DNA from: Paraphysomonas bandaiensis
Lineage: Eukaryota > Protista > Chrysophyceae
Direction of reading: 5' to 3'
NCBI GenBank assembly: GCA_965644295.1
Contig: CBFFRP010000066.1
Location: forward strand, 186,001 to 250,000
DNA: 64,000 nt
A program made the translations under genes and the position numbers. The notes below the pieces were generated by a model. It had not been told where the DNA came from. It made no database searches and worked only from the letters and a program-made list of their open reading frames with translations. This document shows, piece after piece, positions 1 to 9,752 of this stretch. How positions within the stretch are numbered: position 1 is the first letter of the stretch; each line of letters begins with the position of its first letter.

Positions 1-2844
1 CATGACACGTCCAGCAGCATTATCCATTTCAACTCTCTCCAGACGAATCGAAAATTCCTTGTTGCTGGAAGACTTTTCCTTTCCTTTTGAAGCCTTGTTG
101 AGCTTGACAGAAAATCGTAAATCAAAAGCCGAGTCAATTTTATTACTCATACGTGTAATAGTATCCCTAAATTGATCAAGATTGGCATTCGATAAATTAT
201 CCAAACACACTGAATCTCCAAAAAAACCAAGCCATTCGAGCAGTGTAAGTCTTGATTCCATCCCCACCTTACACAGTGTGTGAATATCTCTCAAATACTT
301 GAACTCCTTTAAGCGCTCCCATGATGAGCAGTACCACCATCCAATGATCTCTTGCAAATGCTCGGGAGAGTATTCTTCTTTCTTTTTGTCCTTGGAGCCT
401 TTAGTTTTACTGCCACCGGTTTCTTCTCCACCATCTTTCTCTTTAGATTCCCGCTCTTTCTCAATTTTCAATGCATTTGAGAAATCAGGAGGCAATTCGA
501 ATGGGAGAGCTTTCTGCACAGGGCGGTTGAGGTCAAGATTTACATTAATTCGTTGCAAAACATCGAACGTGAAATCAAGAGCTGGCTCTCGGGCATCTCC
601 AGGTGTAGGAGATAGCTTCACATTAAAGAGAGCAGTTGGATTAATGCTTCCTACTACGGACGACGACGACAAAATTGACCGGTTACGAAATCCACAACGC
701 ATATTGTCCGCTCTAGGGTCACTTGTCTCGACGCTTGCGAGTAGTCCCGTCGCGCTACTCTCAGAGCGGCTCCGTAGAAAAGACAGCACTTTGTGCCGAC
801 AGCGCATTAGATAAGGGTCAGTCATTCGAAGTGGAGTTAGTAGGTCTTCAAGGCATGTTCCGCCCCATGAGGCAGCAGCAAGATAGTACTTTTTCCCTAT
901 CAGCACCTCGGCCACAGGAGACGGAGTGTCGATCGGGTTCACAGTCAGGCGGAGCACTCCGTCAGTTGTCACAAGTAAAGCAGACATCGTTAGTATTCGT
1001 TCTGCATCAGTAGCAGACGCCAGTAAATTACGGAACGGGAGCTCACAGGCTCCTTCATTTTTGGCGCTTTCTAATAGGGGGAGTAAATCATCTGCCTCAG
1101 CCAACATACGCGCGCCCATATAAACCTGTCCAATCGAAAGTAACTGGTTTAGTGCTGCATTTTGCTTAAAAGTTCGCACACCAGTCTCATCCTCACACCA
1201 CATATCTGGGCATGGTAAGAGTCGTACGAATACGTCTTCCACAACAGCCACGAGTAACCTACGAGCGGCCATAAATCCATTCTTATAGCGCAGAACTAGT
1301 TTGCGCACGATAGAACTAAGTTTCTGAATGGTCGACAATACGAACACAACACTCACTGTACCATCGGCACTCGGTTCTGGGGCTGGTAGGAGCAGGTCGA
1401 CGAAAGTGCTCTCCACTTTCTCAAGTTTTGTTATATCGGCACTCTCCTGTGATGTTGTCCCTCCTGTGAGAGTATCCGGTAATGGCTTGGTATCAGCCAA
1501 CATTTGCCACCGTGGAAACAGACATGCTCGTACAGGAGCAGTACCTGCAGTCTCCCCTGGATCATTTGGCAGCGCTTCCCGTTCTACTGGTGCCGCCTCT
1601 CTATCCTCCAGGACTTCAATAAGCTCTTCGATTACTTCCCTTGCGTTGAGTACAACATTAGAGGTAGTGTCCCCACCGCCATATATATCCACACAATACC
1701 GTGCTGTCAGTCGGCAAGCAGCACGCAGGGCAGTGCGGTCTCCCAGAGGAAGGGGAAAAGTCAATGGGAGGTCTTTCAGTTCCGCCAACGCAGTCTTAAG
1801 ATGACCAAGAAAGAGCGAAAGTTTGATGTGGTCACTCGTGAACGGCACACCTACACGTCTCAAGAGTAGACGAAACACTAGTTGTAAACCTTCCCATTCT
1901 GCACTCGCATTATCTCGATTGGAAACAGTTATCCAATCTGCAGGCTCCGCTTTGCTCGCACAATTGTTTTCGATATCTAAAACTCTTTCGTCGGTCAACT
2001 CCCCAGCTAGGTAAGGCAACAACGACTCGTAAATAGAGTTATCGAACTCATCCCGAGCCCCATCAGTCTTGAGGTGCACTAAAAGAAAGAGCGTGGCTGA
2101 GTTGAGCAGGCGCTCTCGAGGAATATTAGATATTGTCATGAGGCCGCAAAACTGGGGAACACCAGTAATAGGATGTTTTCTCATGGCATGATATTGACAG
2201 GAGAGTGTAGGATTACATACTGTAAAACTATACATTTCACCCCCTTGGGAGCCATATCTTTCACATTCTACTACAAAAAACATCTTACTCCACCGTGTTG
2301 AGTCACCACTAGGCAGTACAAGTATTTCTTCTTTTTTCAACTCGCTAAGAGAATTGCGAATCTTGTTTACAATAGCGCTCTCCTTATCAAACTGGGCCTG
2401 TGCACTTCTATCAGATTCAGAATTACGTTTCGACTCGAAAGCTATAAACTCATTATTTAGCTCATCTAAATCAAATAATATATCGATAATACGTCGCATC
2501 TCTGCACGCGTATCGACATCTTGTAATAACATCAAAGAATGTAGAAATGATGGTATAGTTGAAAGTGGAAGTTTTTGAGTTGTCCTTTCTTCAATATTTT
2601 GATGAATACGTAATAAAATATCATCATTATCCAAAGAAATATTATCGTTTGTAGATTTCTTTGCTTTATCATATACTTTATGGCCTTCAATCTCATCATC
2701 ACATAGTACAGCCCCATTCCCTACCCCTCTACCTTTTCCTTCACTTTCTAAATCAACAATACGATAAACTTCACGAAATGTTGATATAAATGTTTCAGTA
2801 CGCCAACATGGTATGATTATATCTTTTTTATTAGTGAATTTCAT
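1..2844 (-). CDS. Large unknown protein, 5' part (>=948 aa, continues past window start)
   Basis: Manual translation from ATG at 2844 (MKFTNKKDIIIPCWRTETF...) stays open to position 1 (...DNAAGRVM). Absent from the ORF track because no stop lies in the window. Function not recognised with confidence. Confidence 0.85.
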   Translation of the reverse strand, partial: MKFTNKKDIIIPCWRTETFISTFREVYRIVDLESEGKGRGVGNGAVLCDDEIEGHKVYDKAKKSTNDNISLDNDDILLRIHQNIEERTTQKLPLSTIPSFLHSLMLLQDVDTRAEMRRIIDILFDLDELNNEFIAFESKRNSESDRSAQAQFDKESAIVNKIRNSLSELKKEEILVLPSGDSTRWSKMFFVVECERYGSQGGEMYSFTVCNPTLSCQYHAMRKHPITGVPQFCGLMTISNIPRERLLNSATLFLLVHLKTDGARDEFDNSIYESLLPYLAGELTDERVLDIENNCASKAEPADWITVSNRDNASAEWEGLQLVFRLLLRRVGVPFTSDHIKLSLFLGHLKTALAELKDLPLTFPLPLGDRTALRAACRLTARYCVDIYGGGDTTSNVVLNAREVIEELIEVLEDREAAPVEREALPNDPGETAGTAPVRACLFPRWQMLADTKPLPDTLTGGTTSQESADITKLEKVESTFVDLLLPAPEPSADGTVSVVFVLSTIQKLSSIVRKLVLRYKNGFMAARRLLVAVVEDVFVRLLPCPDMWCEDETGVRTFKQNAALNQLLSIGQVYMGARMLAEADDLLPLLESAKNEGACELPFRNLLASATDAERILTMSALLVTTDGVLRLTVNPIDTPSPVAEVLIGKKYYLAAASWGGTCLEDLLTPLRMTDPYLMRCRHKVLSFLRSRSESSATGLLASVETSDPRADNMRCGFRNRSILSSSSVVGSINPTALFNVKLSPTPGDAREPALDFTFDVLQRINVNLDLNRPVQKALPFELPPDFSNALKIEKERESKEKDGGEETGGSKTKGSKDKKKEEYSPEHLQEIIGWWYCSSWERLKEFKYLRDIHTLCKVGMESRLTLLEWLGFFGDSVCLDNLSNANLDQFRDTITRMSNKIDSAFDLRFSVKLNKASKGKEKSSSNKEFSIRLERVEMDNAAGRVM

Positions 2845-3066
2845 TGTATTATATATATATATATATAGAGGGATATGTCCCTTAAAGATATAGAAATCAA
2901 TCAAAGTAATACATGATTGAGTTGTTATGATAAAGGATTAAGGATGATATGTTCCTTATTAGGATAATTTGTTTTCTTATGGTGTGTATATGGAGAATAT
3001 CTTCTGGGTGATGGTGTCTATATAACTCCTTCGTATCCAGTGATATAGATGTACATGTATGTACAG

Positions 3067-3098
3067 TGTATGTATGTATGTATGTATGTATGTATGTA
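3067..3098. repeat. (TATG)n microsatellite, short
   Basis: About 8 tandem TGTA units read directly. Confidence 0.95.
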
Positions 3099-3508
3099 CA
3101 GATGCTGTATGTATCCGTGTATCTATCTACATATATGTACATACATACGAGCGTGAGATCTATAGCTACTGCTCTACATGTACAGGCATATACATACATA
3201 GAGCAGAGAGTGTTGAAACAAATACGTAACTGAAGGTATACCTGGTATACTGGTATACAGTGTATTGGACAAAAAATGTAAAAACACTTTTTTTATGTAC
3301 AATGTACTGTATATACAGCAGTATAGATACTATTATTGTCAGCAATTTTTATCATTTTTACATTTTTAGTCTTTGGGTATCAAGTGGGCAGAATTCGTAA
3401 TATATTTTCTACCTTTTCTGCGTTTTTTCTCCTAAAATCATGCGTTTTCCCCCAATATTATACTGAAAAAGGACAATATTTCTATGTGTTTTATTGTCTC
3501 ATATAGCA

Positions 3509-4014
3509 GTCTACCAACAAAAACAACACCATTCTATGTTCAAATGGGGACGACGGGCTCTTTATATGTACACAGCCACAGCACATGGATCCATATCAAC
3601 ACACCTCTAGATCTTACATAGATAACACTATCAGGAATCTACCATATCAGCATATGTATGGTTCTATCTGTAATAGAAATATAATTTCATCGATTATCTG
3701 CTGTAATCAAACAGGAATATCATCCAAACATTATCCACAGTGGGGATAACAGAATCCAATCATGATCATGTAGTGTTCGTGACAATCATATAGATATTCC
3801 TGTATGATTACAGCAGATAATCGATGAAATTATATTTCTATTATGGATACAACCATACATATGCTGATATGGTAGATTCCTGATAGTGTTATCTATGTAA
3901 GATCTAGAGATGTGCTGATATGGATCCATGTGCTGTGGCTGTGTACATATAAAGAGCCCGTCATTCCCATTTGAACACAGAATGGGGTGCCCATTAGTTG
4001 TTCTGTCGGTATAC
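3509..4014. repeat. Long inverted repeat (arms ~3509-3721 and ~3793-4014, ~70-nt spacer)
   Basis: For example, gggctctttatatgtacacagccacagcacatggatccatatca is mirrored by tgatatggatccatgtgctgtggctgtgtacatataaagagccc; complementarity runs ~200 nt with scattered mismatches. Confidence 0.92.
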
Positions 4015-4785
4015 ACATACACACAGTATGATTTACGGCTTCAATGATATTACGCACTAAGTCAAAAGTATCATTATTTTTCTTATAAACATTCCTGCTG
4101 CTTGATGATTATCCTACACAATGCACTGTTCAGTTCAAGGCAGATCACTAATTGATGTATTATAGGAATAAGCTCGCACGGAACTTCTTCTATCAAGGGC
4201 GAGGTTACAGAGTTAAGGGTCCTATGACATCTTTCATGTAGTTCATATGTAATAACCACTTATACCCTGATATACGACATACTATCCAACAAGAGTACTT
4301 AATGCACTGCAAGCACTTTACATAAGTTATCAGTAGAAGAAACTATTTTCTGAAAATGACTTCAGAATGTTTTTACGACAAATTTTCTATCTTATACTGC
4401 TTTTAGGTGTGAACAGGCAGTATTCACTTCATAGTATTTTATCCTTGGTTGGATTAATCGGTACAGCAGAGTGGAAGAGAAAGAATGAAACAATTTTCTT
4501 TTTCTTGTTTGTTTGTCGTTGTAGTGTGTCCGTGTATATCATATATCATACTGTAGCACACACTGACTGTCTATTAGAACAAGAACACTCTCACTCGCGG
4601 TAACAAAGGAGAAAAATTGATTATAATTGAGAGGACAAGTCGGAAAGGGCACTGATGTTTTCTTCTCGGAACACAAACCACAATGTATGCAATAAATAAG
4701 AGAATGATAGAGCTCGACTGAGACAGCTCGGAGGGCAACACACGGCATCTAGCTGTTAGCTACCATCGTGTTAGTATATAATTGG

Positions 4786-5279
4786 ATTTGCCTTCAACAA
4801 AGTCGGACTCTCACCTTTTCGTGGTGTTCTGAGGGATAAGTACCGGAGAGATTCTCTCTGGGAAACTAACGTGAGCCGCAAACATAGTCAGCAGATATTT
4901 TGCTGCCCACTCATAGCCGAATGCTTGTGTGGTACAAGGGAACTCCAATAAGTGTCACTCGTGTAGACGTCTTTGGGCCCTGACGAATAAACAGGCATCT
5001 GGGAATGGGCCCACCTCAAGGGTATCCGGGACAGGGCCCACCTGAAGTGTAACCGGGGTCAAGCATCCGGGATGTTCACCTTAAGGACTCAGAACGGAAG
5101 TGGTTGCACCTTGGTGCTTGCGGCGACGCACAAGCAGCTTTCGTAGCGTTAAATAGTAGGATAAAAAAAGTGTGTACTGAATAGTTACAGGTAGAGGTCT
5201 AACTAGTTTGTCTAGCATTCATCTAGCTACTAAGTTGGTGCAGGTTTTTAACGCCTATTGCTAATAATAAGACTTTCAA
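4786..5279 (+). mobile_element. Non-autonomous non-LTR retroposon (SINE-like, ingi/RIME-like), full-length copy 1
   Basis: Highly similar to the reverse complement of 37921-38405. Flanked by direct repeat TATATAATTGG (4775-4785 and 5280-5290), an 11-bp TSD. No ORF. Confidence 0.85.
4791..4878 (+). ncRNA. Putative HDV-like self-cleaving ribozyme (L1Tc/ingi Pr77 type)
   Basis: P1 CCTTCAAC / GTT(CT)GAGGG, P3 ACC-TTTTCGT-GGT, linker ATAAGTA, P4 CCGGAGAG/CTCTCTGG, J4/2 GAAACTAA, P2 CTC(T/G)C/GTGAG, in HDV order. Confidence 0.6.
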
Positions 5280-5441
5280 TATATAATTGGCTCTGTAGTA
5301 CGGTATCCATGGCTATATATATAAAGTTGTTGTGCCAGCAACTAAAATATCTAAAGTGTATTATGAATTGTAGTATAGTTTACAGTATAAGCAGCGAAAA
5401 AAACACTCATCTTGTGTATTGAAATATATTTCACGCTATAA

Positions 5442-8400
5442 TTATTTTATTAATGCAGAAATCTTCGTTTTGACGATTTTTTTCACTTCCTCCAAGGTGA
5501 GAATATTGTCAAAATTAACTAAATTTACACGGAATATAGATACACCATGTACTTCTCGTAGGTATTTATCTCGAGCGAAATCAAATGCTTTGGCTTTTGG
5601 ATACATGTGTTTGGGACCATCAACTTCTATATTAACCACTCTACCATCATGGCACGTCACCACCACATCTGCCACAAATCCATGAAGGAATACCCCACCA
5701 GAGACTTTAATATCAATTGAGCGTCTCCTAGCATAAGCTTCTATCTCCGTTAAAAACATTTTCTCGATCTTGGATTGGGTATCCTCTTCGTCATGAGGTT
5801 TACAAGTGGAAACATATGTACTTAGCACTTTTTCCATTTCTTCCAACCAGCTCGAAACTTCGGAAGGGACATCAGTCACGAAATGACGAAAGAGTGTGAC
5901 CGAGCGGCAGAGGTCCGCATTTTCATCATTTTTCTGCAGTGTATCACCATTCCCTTTGGCGGGTAAAAATTCGTTTACATCTGCAGGACACTTGCTCTTG
6001 AGACTGATGAGAACTGAGCAAACATCTTCGTCCCGACCAGACATACCGCGGAGGCCATACAAAGCATTTCCGACCTCTTGGGCTTTTAGCATCGCAGGTG
6101 ATTCGGCTATCCTAGTGGAGAGCGCAGATAGCAGATCACGCACCTCAACATACTTGCTAGACATACATTGGAGGCCGTACAAAGCATTCCCGATATGCTG
6201 ACCTTCCAACACTGCACTAGATGAAGTTATTTTGGCCGTGAGGACAGACAAAAGCTGACGCACCTCGGCGTCTTCACTGGACATGAACTGTAGACCGTAC
6301 AAAGCATTTCCTATTCCTTGGGCATCCAGAGATACAGGGGATGCTTCTATCCTAGCTGAGAGTGCAGACAACAGCTCACGAACTTCTGCACAGTCACTGG
6401 ACATACCCTGAAGGCCATATAATGAATTTCCAATATCTTGTTCATTGAGCAATGCACTAGAGGCAGCAATGTTAGCAGTGACAGCAGACAATAGCTCCCG
6501 GACTTCTGCATGCTGTGTCGACATTCTCTTAAGGCCGTACAATGCGTTTCCAATTCCACGGGAAGTTAACGGCACTGAAGATATCGATATCTTCGCTGAA
6601 AGAGCAGTGAGTAGCTCTTTAACATCTTCGTATTCACTCGACATACCCTGAAGGCCGTACATAGCATTGGCGATCCCTTGTGCGCCTAATGACGCCGGCG
6701 AAGCAGTAATCTCTATAGCAAGAACATTTAATAAATCACGAACTATTTCTTTATCACTCGTCATATTCCGAAAACCGTAGAGAGCATACCCAATTTCTTG
6801 AGCACTGAGAGGTACAGTTGCAGGGTCGACTTGTTTGAAGAGTGAATATAATAACTCTAGGACATGCGTCCACTCACTGGACATACCTTGGAGGCCGAAA
6901 AGTGCATTAGCCATATCCTGAGCATGAAGAGGTACTCTAGAATCCATAATCCTGAGAGATAATCGATAAACTAGGTCTCGGACTTCTTCGTGCTCACTCG
7001 TCATACTCTTCAGACCACGCAGAGCAGTCACAATGTGTCGACCTTCAAGAGGGGCTCTGGAAATAGCTGCCATATTAGCAAGAGCAAACACAAGTCTGCG
7101 AACTTCTTTATGCTCGCTAGACATACCCCTAAGACCATGTAAAGCGTTCGCAATATGTCGGCCTCCAATAGATGTAGTTGATGCAGATATTTTCCTCGTT
7201 AAAATAGCTATTAAATGACGGACCTCAACATGCTCGCCTGACATACATTGGAGGCCGAACAAAGCACTTCCGATGTACATCTCGTTGAGATTAAGTTTTG
7301 AATCAGTCAACTTGGCAGAGAACACAGTCAACAAATTACAGACCTCTTCATGCTCACTCGACATACCCTGAAGACCATACAATGCATTTCCGACACATTG
7401 CTCACTCAGCACGGCAGTTGAGGCAGCCACCTTAGCAGTGACAGCGGATAATAGCTCCCGGACTTCTTCGTGCTGACTGGACATACTCTTGAAGCCGTAG
7501 AGAGCATTTCCAATGTCCTGAGACTCAAGCTGTGCACCAGAAGAAATTACTTTAGCAGTGAATGCAGACAGTAACTCCCGGGGTTCCTCATATTCACATG
7601 ACATGCTTTGAAGGCCATATAAGCCATTACCAATACCCTGGGCACTCAGCGACGCGGAAGATGCGGATATCTTGCTTGCGAGTATAGAAAAGAGGTTGCG
7701 AACTTCTGCATAATCACTTGACATACCTTGCAGGCCATACAAAGCATTTCCAATGTGTTGAGCTCCCAGAGGTACTACACACGAAGCAACTTTATCCGCG
7801 ATCACACGCAGGAGCTCGCGCACCTCGGCGTGTTCACTGGACATAGACTGTAGACCGTACAAAGCATTTCCTATTCCTTGGGCATCCAGAGATACAGGGG
7901 ATGCTTCTATCCTAGCTGAGAGTGCAGACAACAGCTCACGAACTTCTGCACAGTCACTAGACATACCCTGAAGGCCATACAACGAATTTCCAATCTCTTG
8001 TTCATTGAGCAATGCAGTAGAAGCAGCTATCTTGACAGATAATGCAGATAATACATTAGCCACACCCAAATCATCACTTGACATTGAACGAAGTCCATAT
8101 AATGAATTACCAATATGTTGTGCTTGTAATGATGCAGCAGATGATGTTATCTTATCAGATAATGCACATAAGAGATCCTGAACTTGAGTGTGTTTACTAG
8201 ACATGCCTTGAAGACCATAAAGAGCATTTCCAATATGCTGAGACTCTAACAATGCATTAGATTCAGATATTTTTTTTGTTAATACAGATAATAATCTTTG
8301 TACTGCATGATGTTTACTAAACATTTGACGTAAACCATAGAGAGCATTTCCAATATTTTGTGCATCCAATTGTTCCGTTGAAACTGATATTCTATCCGTT

Positions 8401-9140
8401 AAAGCATCAATAAGTGAACATACTTCCTTATATTCACATGACATATATCGTAAACCATATAATGAATTACCAATCTCTTGACCATTAAATCGAGCATTTG
8501 ATGTAGTAATTTTCATCGTTAATGAATCAAGTAAATGACGGACTTCATCATATGAACTAGACATATTACGGATACCATATAATGAATTTCCAATTGTTTG
8601 AGAAGAAAATTCTTCATCATTTCTTTGAATTTTCTTTGATAATATATAAAGAAGTTTACGTATTTTTTTATTTTTGGATGTCATGGAATTTAATGAGAAT
8701 AAGATGGCAGATATATGACGTTGTGACATGGGATTACAATCAGTATCAAGTTGACAACTGAGTGAATCTAATAACATCAAAGCATCTTTATGATTCACAG
8801 TTAAATGACGAAATATATAAAATGATTTTTGTATATCATATACAGACATTTCATTATAATTCATAATTATATTAGAAATATCTTGATAAGATTGATTGGA
8901 TAATAAAATTCTTTCTCTTCCACATGAATATAATAATGAAGAAATTTCTGAGATATTTCTATTTTGAATGATATTTTTTATAAATTGTTCAAGTTTTGTT
9001 GGATTATTTCGTACTTTATTTAGATGAGTAAATATAGATTTTGTTGTATGTTTTATAGGGATGGGATTCTTACAGAAACTTCGTAAGAAAGTTCTCTGAT
9101 ATTTAATTGGATGAATAAAACGAAGTGATATGAATGACAT
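5442..9140 (-). CDS. Helical-repeat (OPR-like, 40-aa) protein with C-terminal RAP domain; probably organelle-targeted RNA-binding/processing factor
   Basis: 1232-aa ORF. 22 repeats of xQxIGNALYGLxxMSS...EVRxLLxxLxxKI at exact 120-nt spacing. C-terminal GFVADVVV...NIEVDGPKH...RDKYL...G..IFRV is RAP/PD-(D/E)XK-like. Basic, acid-free N-terminus resembles a mitochondrial presequence. Confidence 0.88.
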   Translation of the reverse strand: MSFISLRFIHPIKYQRTFLRSFCKNPIPIKHTTKSIFTHLNKVRNNPTKLEQFIKNIIQNRNISEISSLLYSCGRERILLSNQSYQDISNIIMNYNEMSVYDIQKSFYIFRHLTVNHKDALMLLDSLSCQLDTDCNPMSQRHISAILFSLNSMTSKNKKIRKLLYILSKKIQRNDEEFSSQTIGNSLYGIRNMSSSYDEVRHLLDSLTMKITTSNARFNGQEIGNSLYGLRYMSCEYKEVCSLIDALTDRISVSTEQLDAQNIGNALYGLRQMFSKHHAVQRLLSVLTKKISESNALLESQHIGNALYGLQGMSSKHTQVQDLLCALSDKITSSAASLQAQHIGNSLYGLRSMSSDDLGVANVLSALSVKIAASTALLNEQEIGNSLYGLQGMSSDCAEVRELLSALSARIEASPVSLDAQGIGNALYGLQSMSSEHAEVRELLRVIADKVASCVVPLGAQHIGNALYGLQGMSSDYAEVRNLFSILASKISASSASLSAQGIGNGLYGLQSMSCEYEEPRELLSAFTAKVISSGAQLESQDIGNALYGFKSMSSQHEEVRELLSAVTAKVAASTAVLSEQCVGNALYGLQGMSSEHEEVCNLLTVFSAKLTDSKLNLNEMYIGSALFGLQCMSGEHVEVRHLIAILTRKISASTTSIGGRHIANALHGLRGMSSEHKEVRRLVFALANMAAISRAPLEGRHIVTALRGLKSMTSEHEEVRDLVYRLSLRIMDSRVPLHAQDMANALFGLQGMSSEWTHVLELLYSLFKQVDPATVPLSAQEIGYALYGFRNMTSDKEIVRDLLNVLAIEITASPASLGAQGIANAMYGLQGMSSEYEDVKELLTALSAKISISSVPLTSRGIGNALYGLKRMSTQHAEVRELLSAVTANIAASSALLNEQDIGNSLYGLQGMSSDCAEVRELLSALSARIEASPVSLDAQGIGNALYGLQFMSSEDAEVRQLLSVLTAKITSSSAVLEGQHIGNALYGLQCMSSKYVEVRDLLSALSTRIAESPAMLKAQEVGNALYGLRGMSGRDEDVCSVLISLKSKCPADVNEFLPAKGNGDTLQKNDENADLCRSVTLFRHFVTDVPSEVSSWLEEMEKVLSTYVSTCKPHDEEDTQSKIEKMFLTEIEAYARRRSIDIKVSGGVFLHGFVADVVVTCHDGRVVNIEVDGPKHMYPKAKAFDFARDKYLREVHGVSIFRVNLVNFDNILTLEEVKKIVKTKISALIK

Positions 9141-9752
9141 TTATTTATAATGTGAATATGATTTGCATTATGGATAGATATGGATTGTAAGGGAATTGAT
9201 GTTTAAGGCAGAACAAGCCATATATATATATATATACACGAGGCATGGACGGCTGAGATATACTGCTTGTGATGTGTCAATTTATATATAATACATAAAA
9301 ACCAGGTTTTGTGGTCTATAAAGTGAGGATATTACAACACCATTGCCCATAATATCATTTTTGTTGTAAAAGGCCATTTTCAATGGGATAAATCCTAAAT
9401 CCCTGGGATTTTGATATATAGGACTAAAAGAAGATAATTTTTCGACATTATATATATAAATATTCCAATTTTTTGATATTGTTTCTACTTTTCTCTAGAA
9501 TTTTCTATAAGCATCATCTCCTACGTATACTTGTATATACTTCGTGTTGTATACTGGTGTATAGAGCATGTGTGTGTGAGCCTGTTAGTCCAAGTAATGT
9601 AACTGTAATATGTACGTTGATTGTATATAGAAACAGCAACAGACTGTCGATAGGAAAGAATGCCATTAACTCACCATATATAAATATATACTCTATAGCA
9701 TATCAAAAAGTGATTATTATCATATCATTGGTACAGTAATTTTGCATAAACG

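Noticed and set aside
299-2578. Plus-strand ORFs in the track
   Set aside because: Antisense shadows of the long minus-strand ORF 1-2844.
4786-5279. Solo LTR or IS200/605/Fanzor omega-RNA reading of the 0.5-kb repeat (TTCA(A/C) end; GGTATCAGAG PBS-like word in copy 4)
   Set aside because: 11- and 13-bp TSDs and 5'-truncated copies fit target-primed retroposition; no TG..CA pair at both ends; no TnpB/Fanzor ORF in the window.
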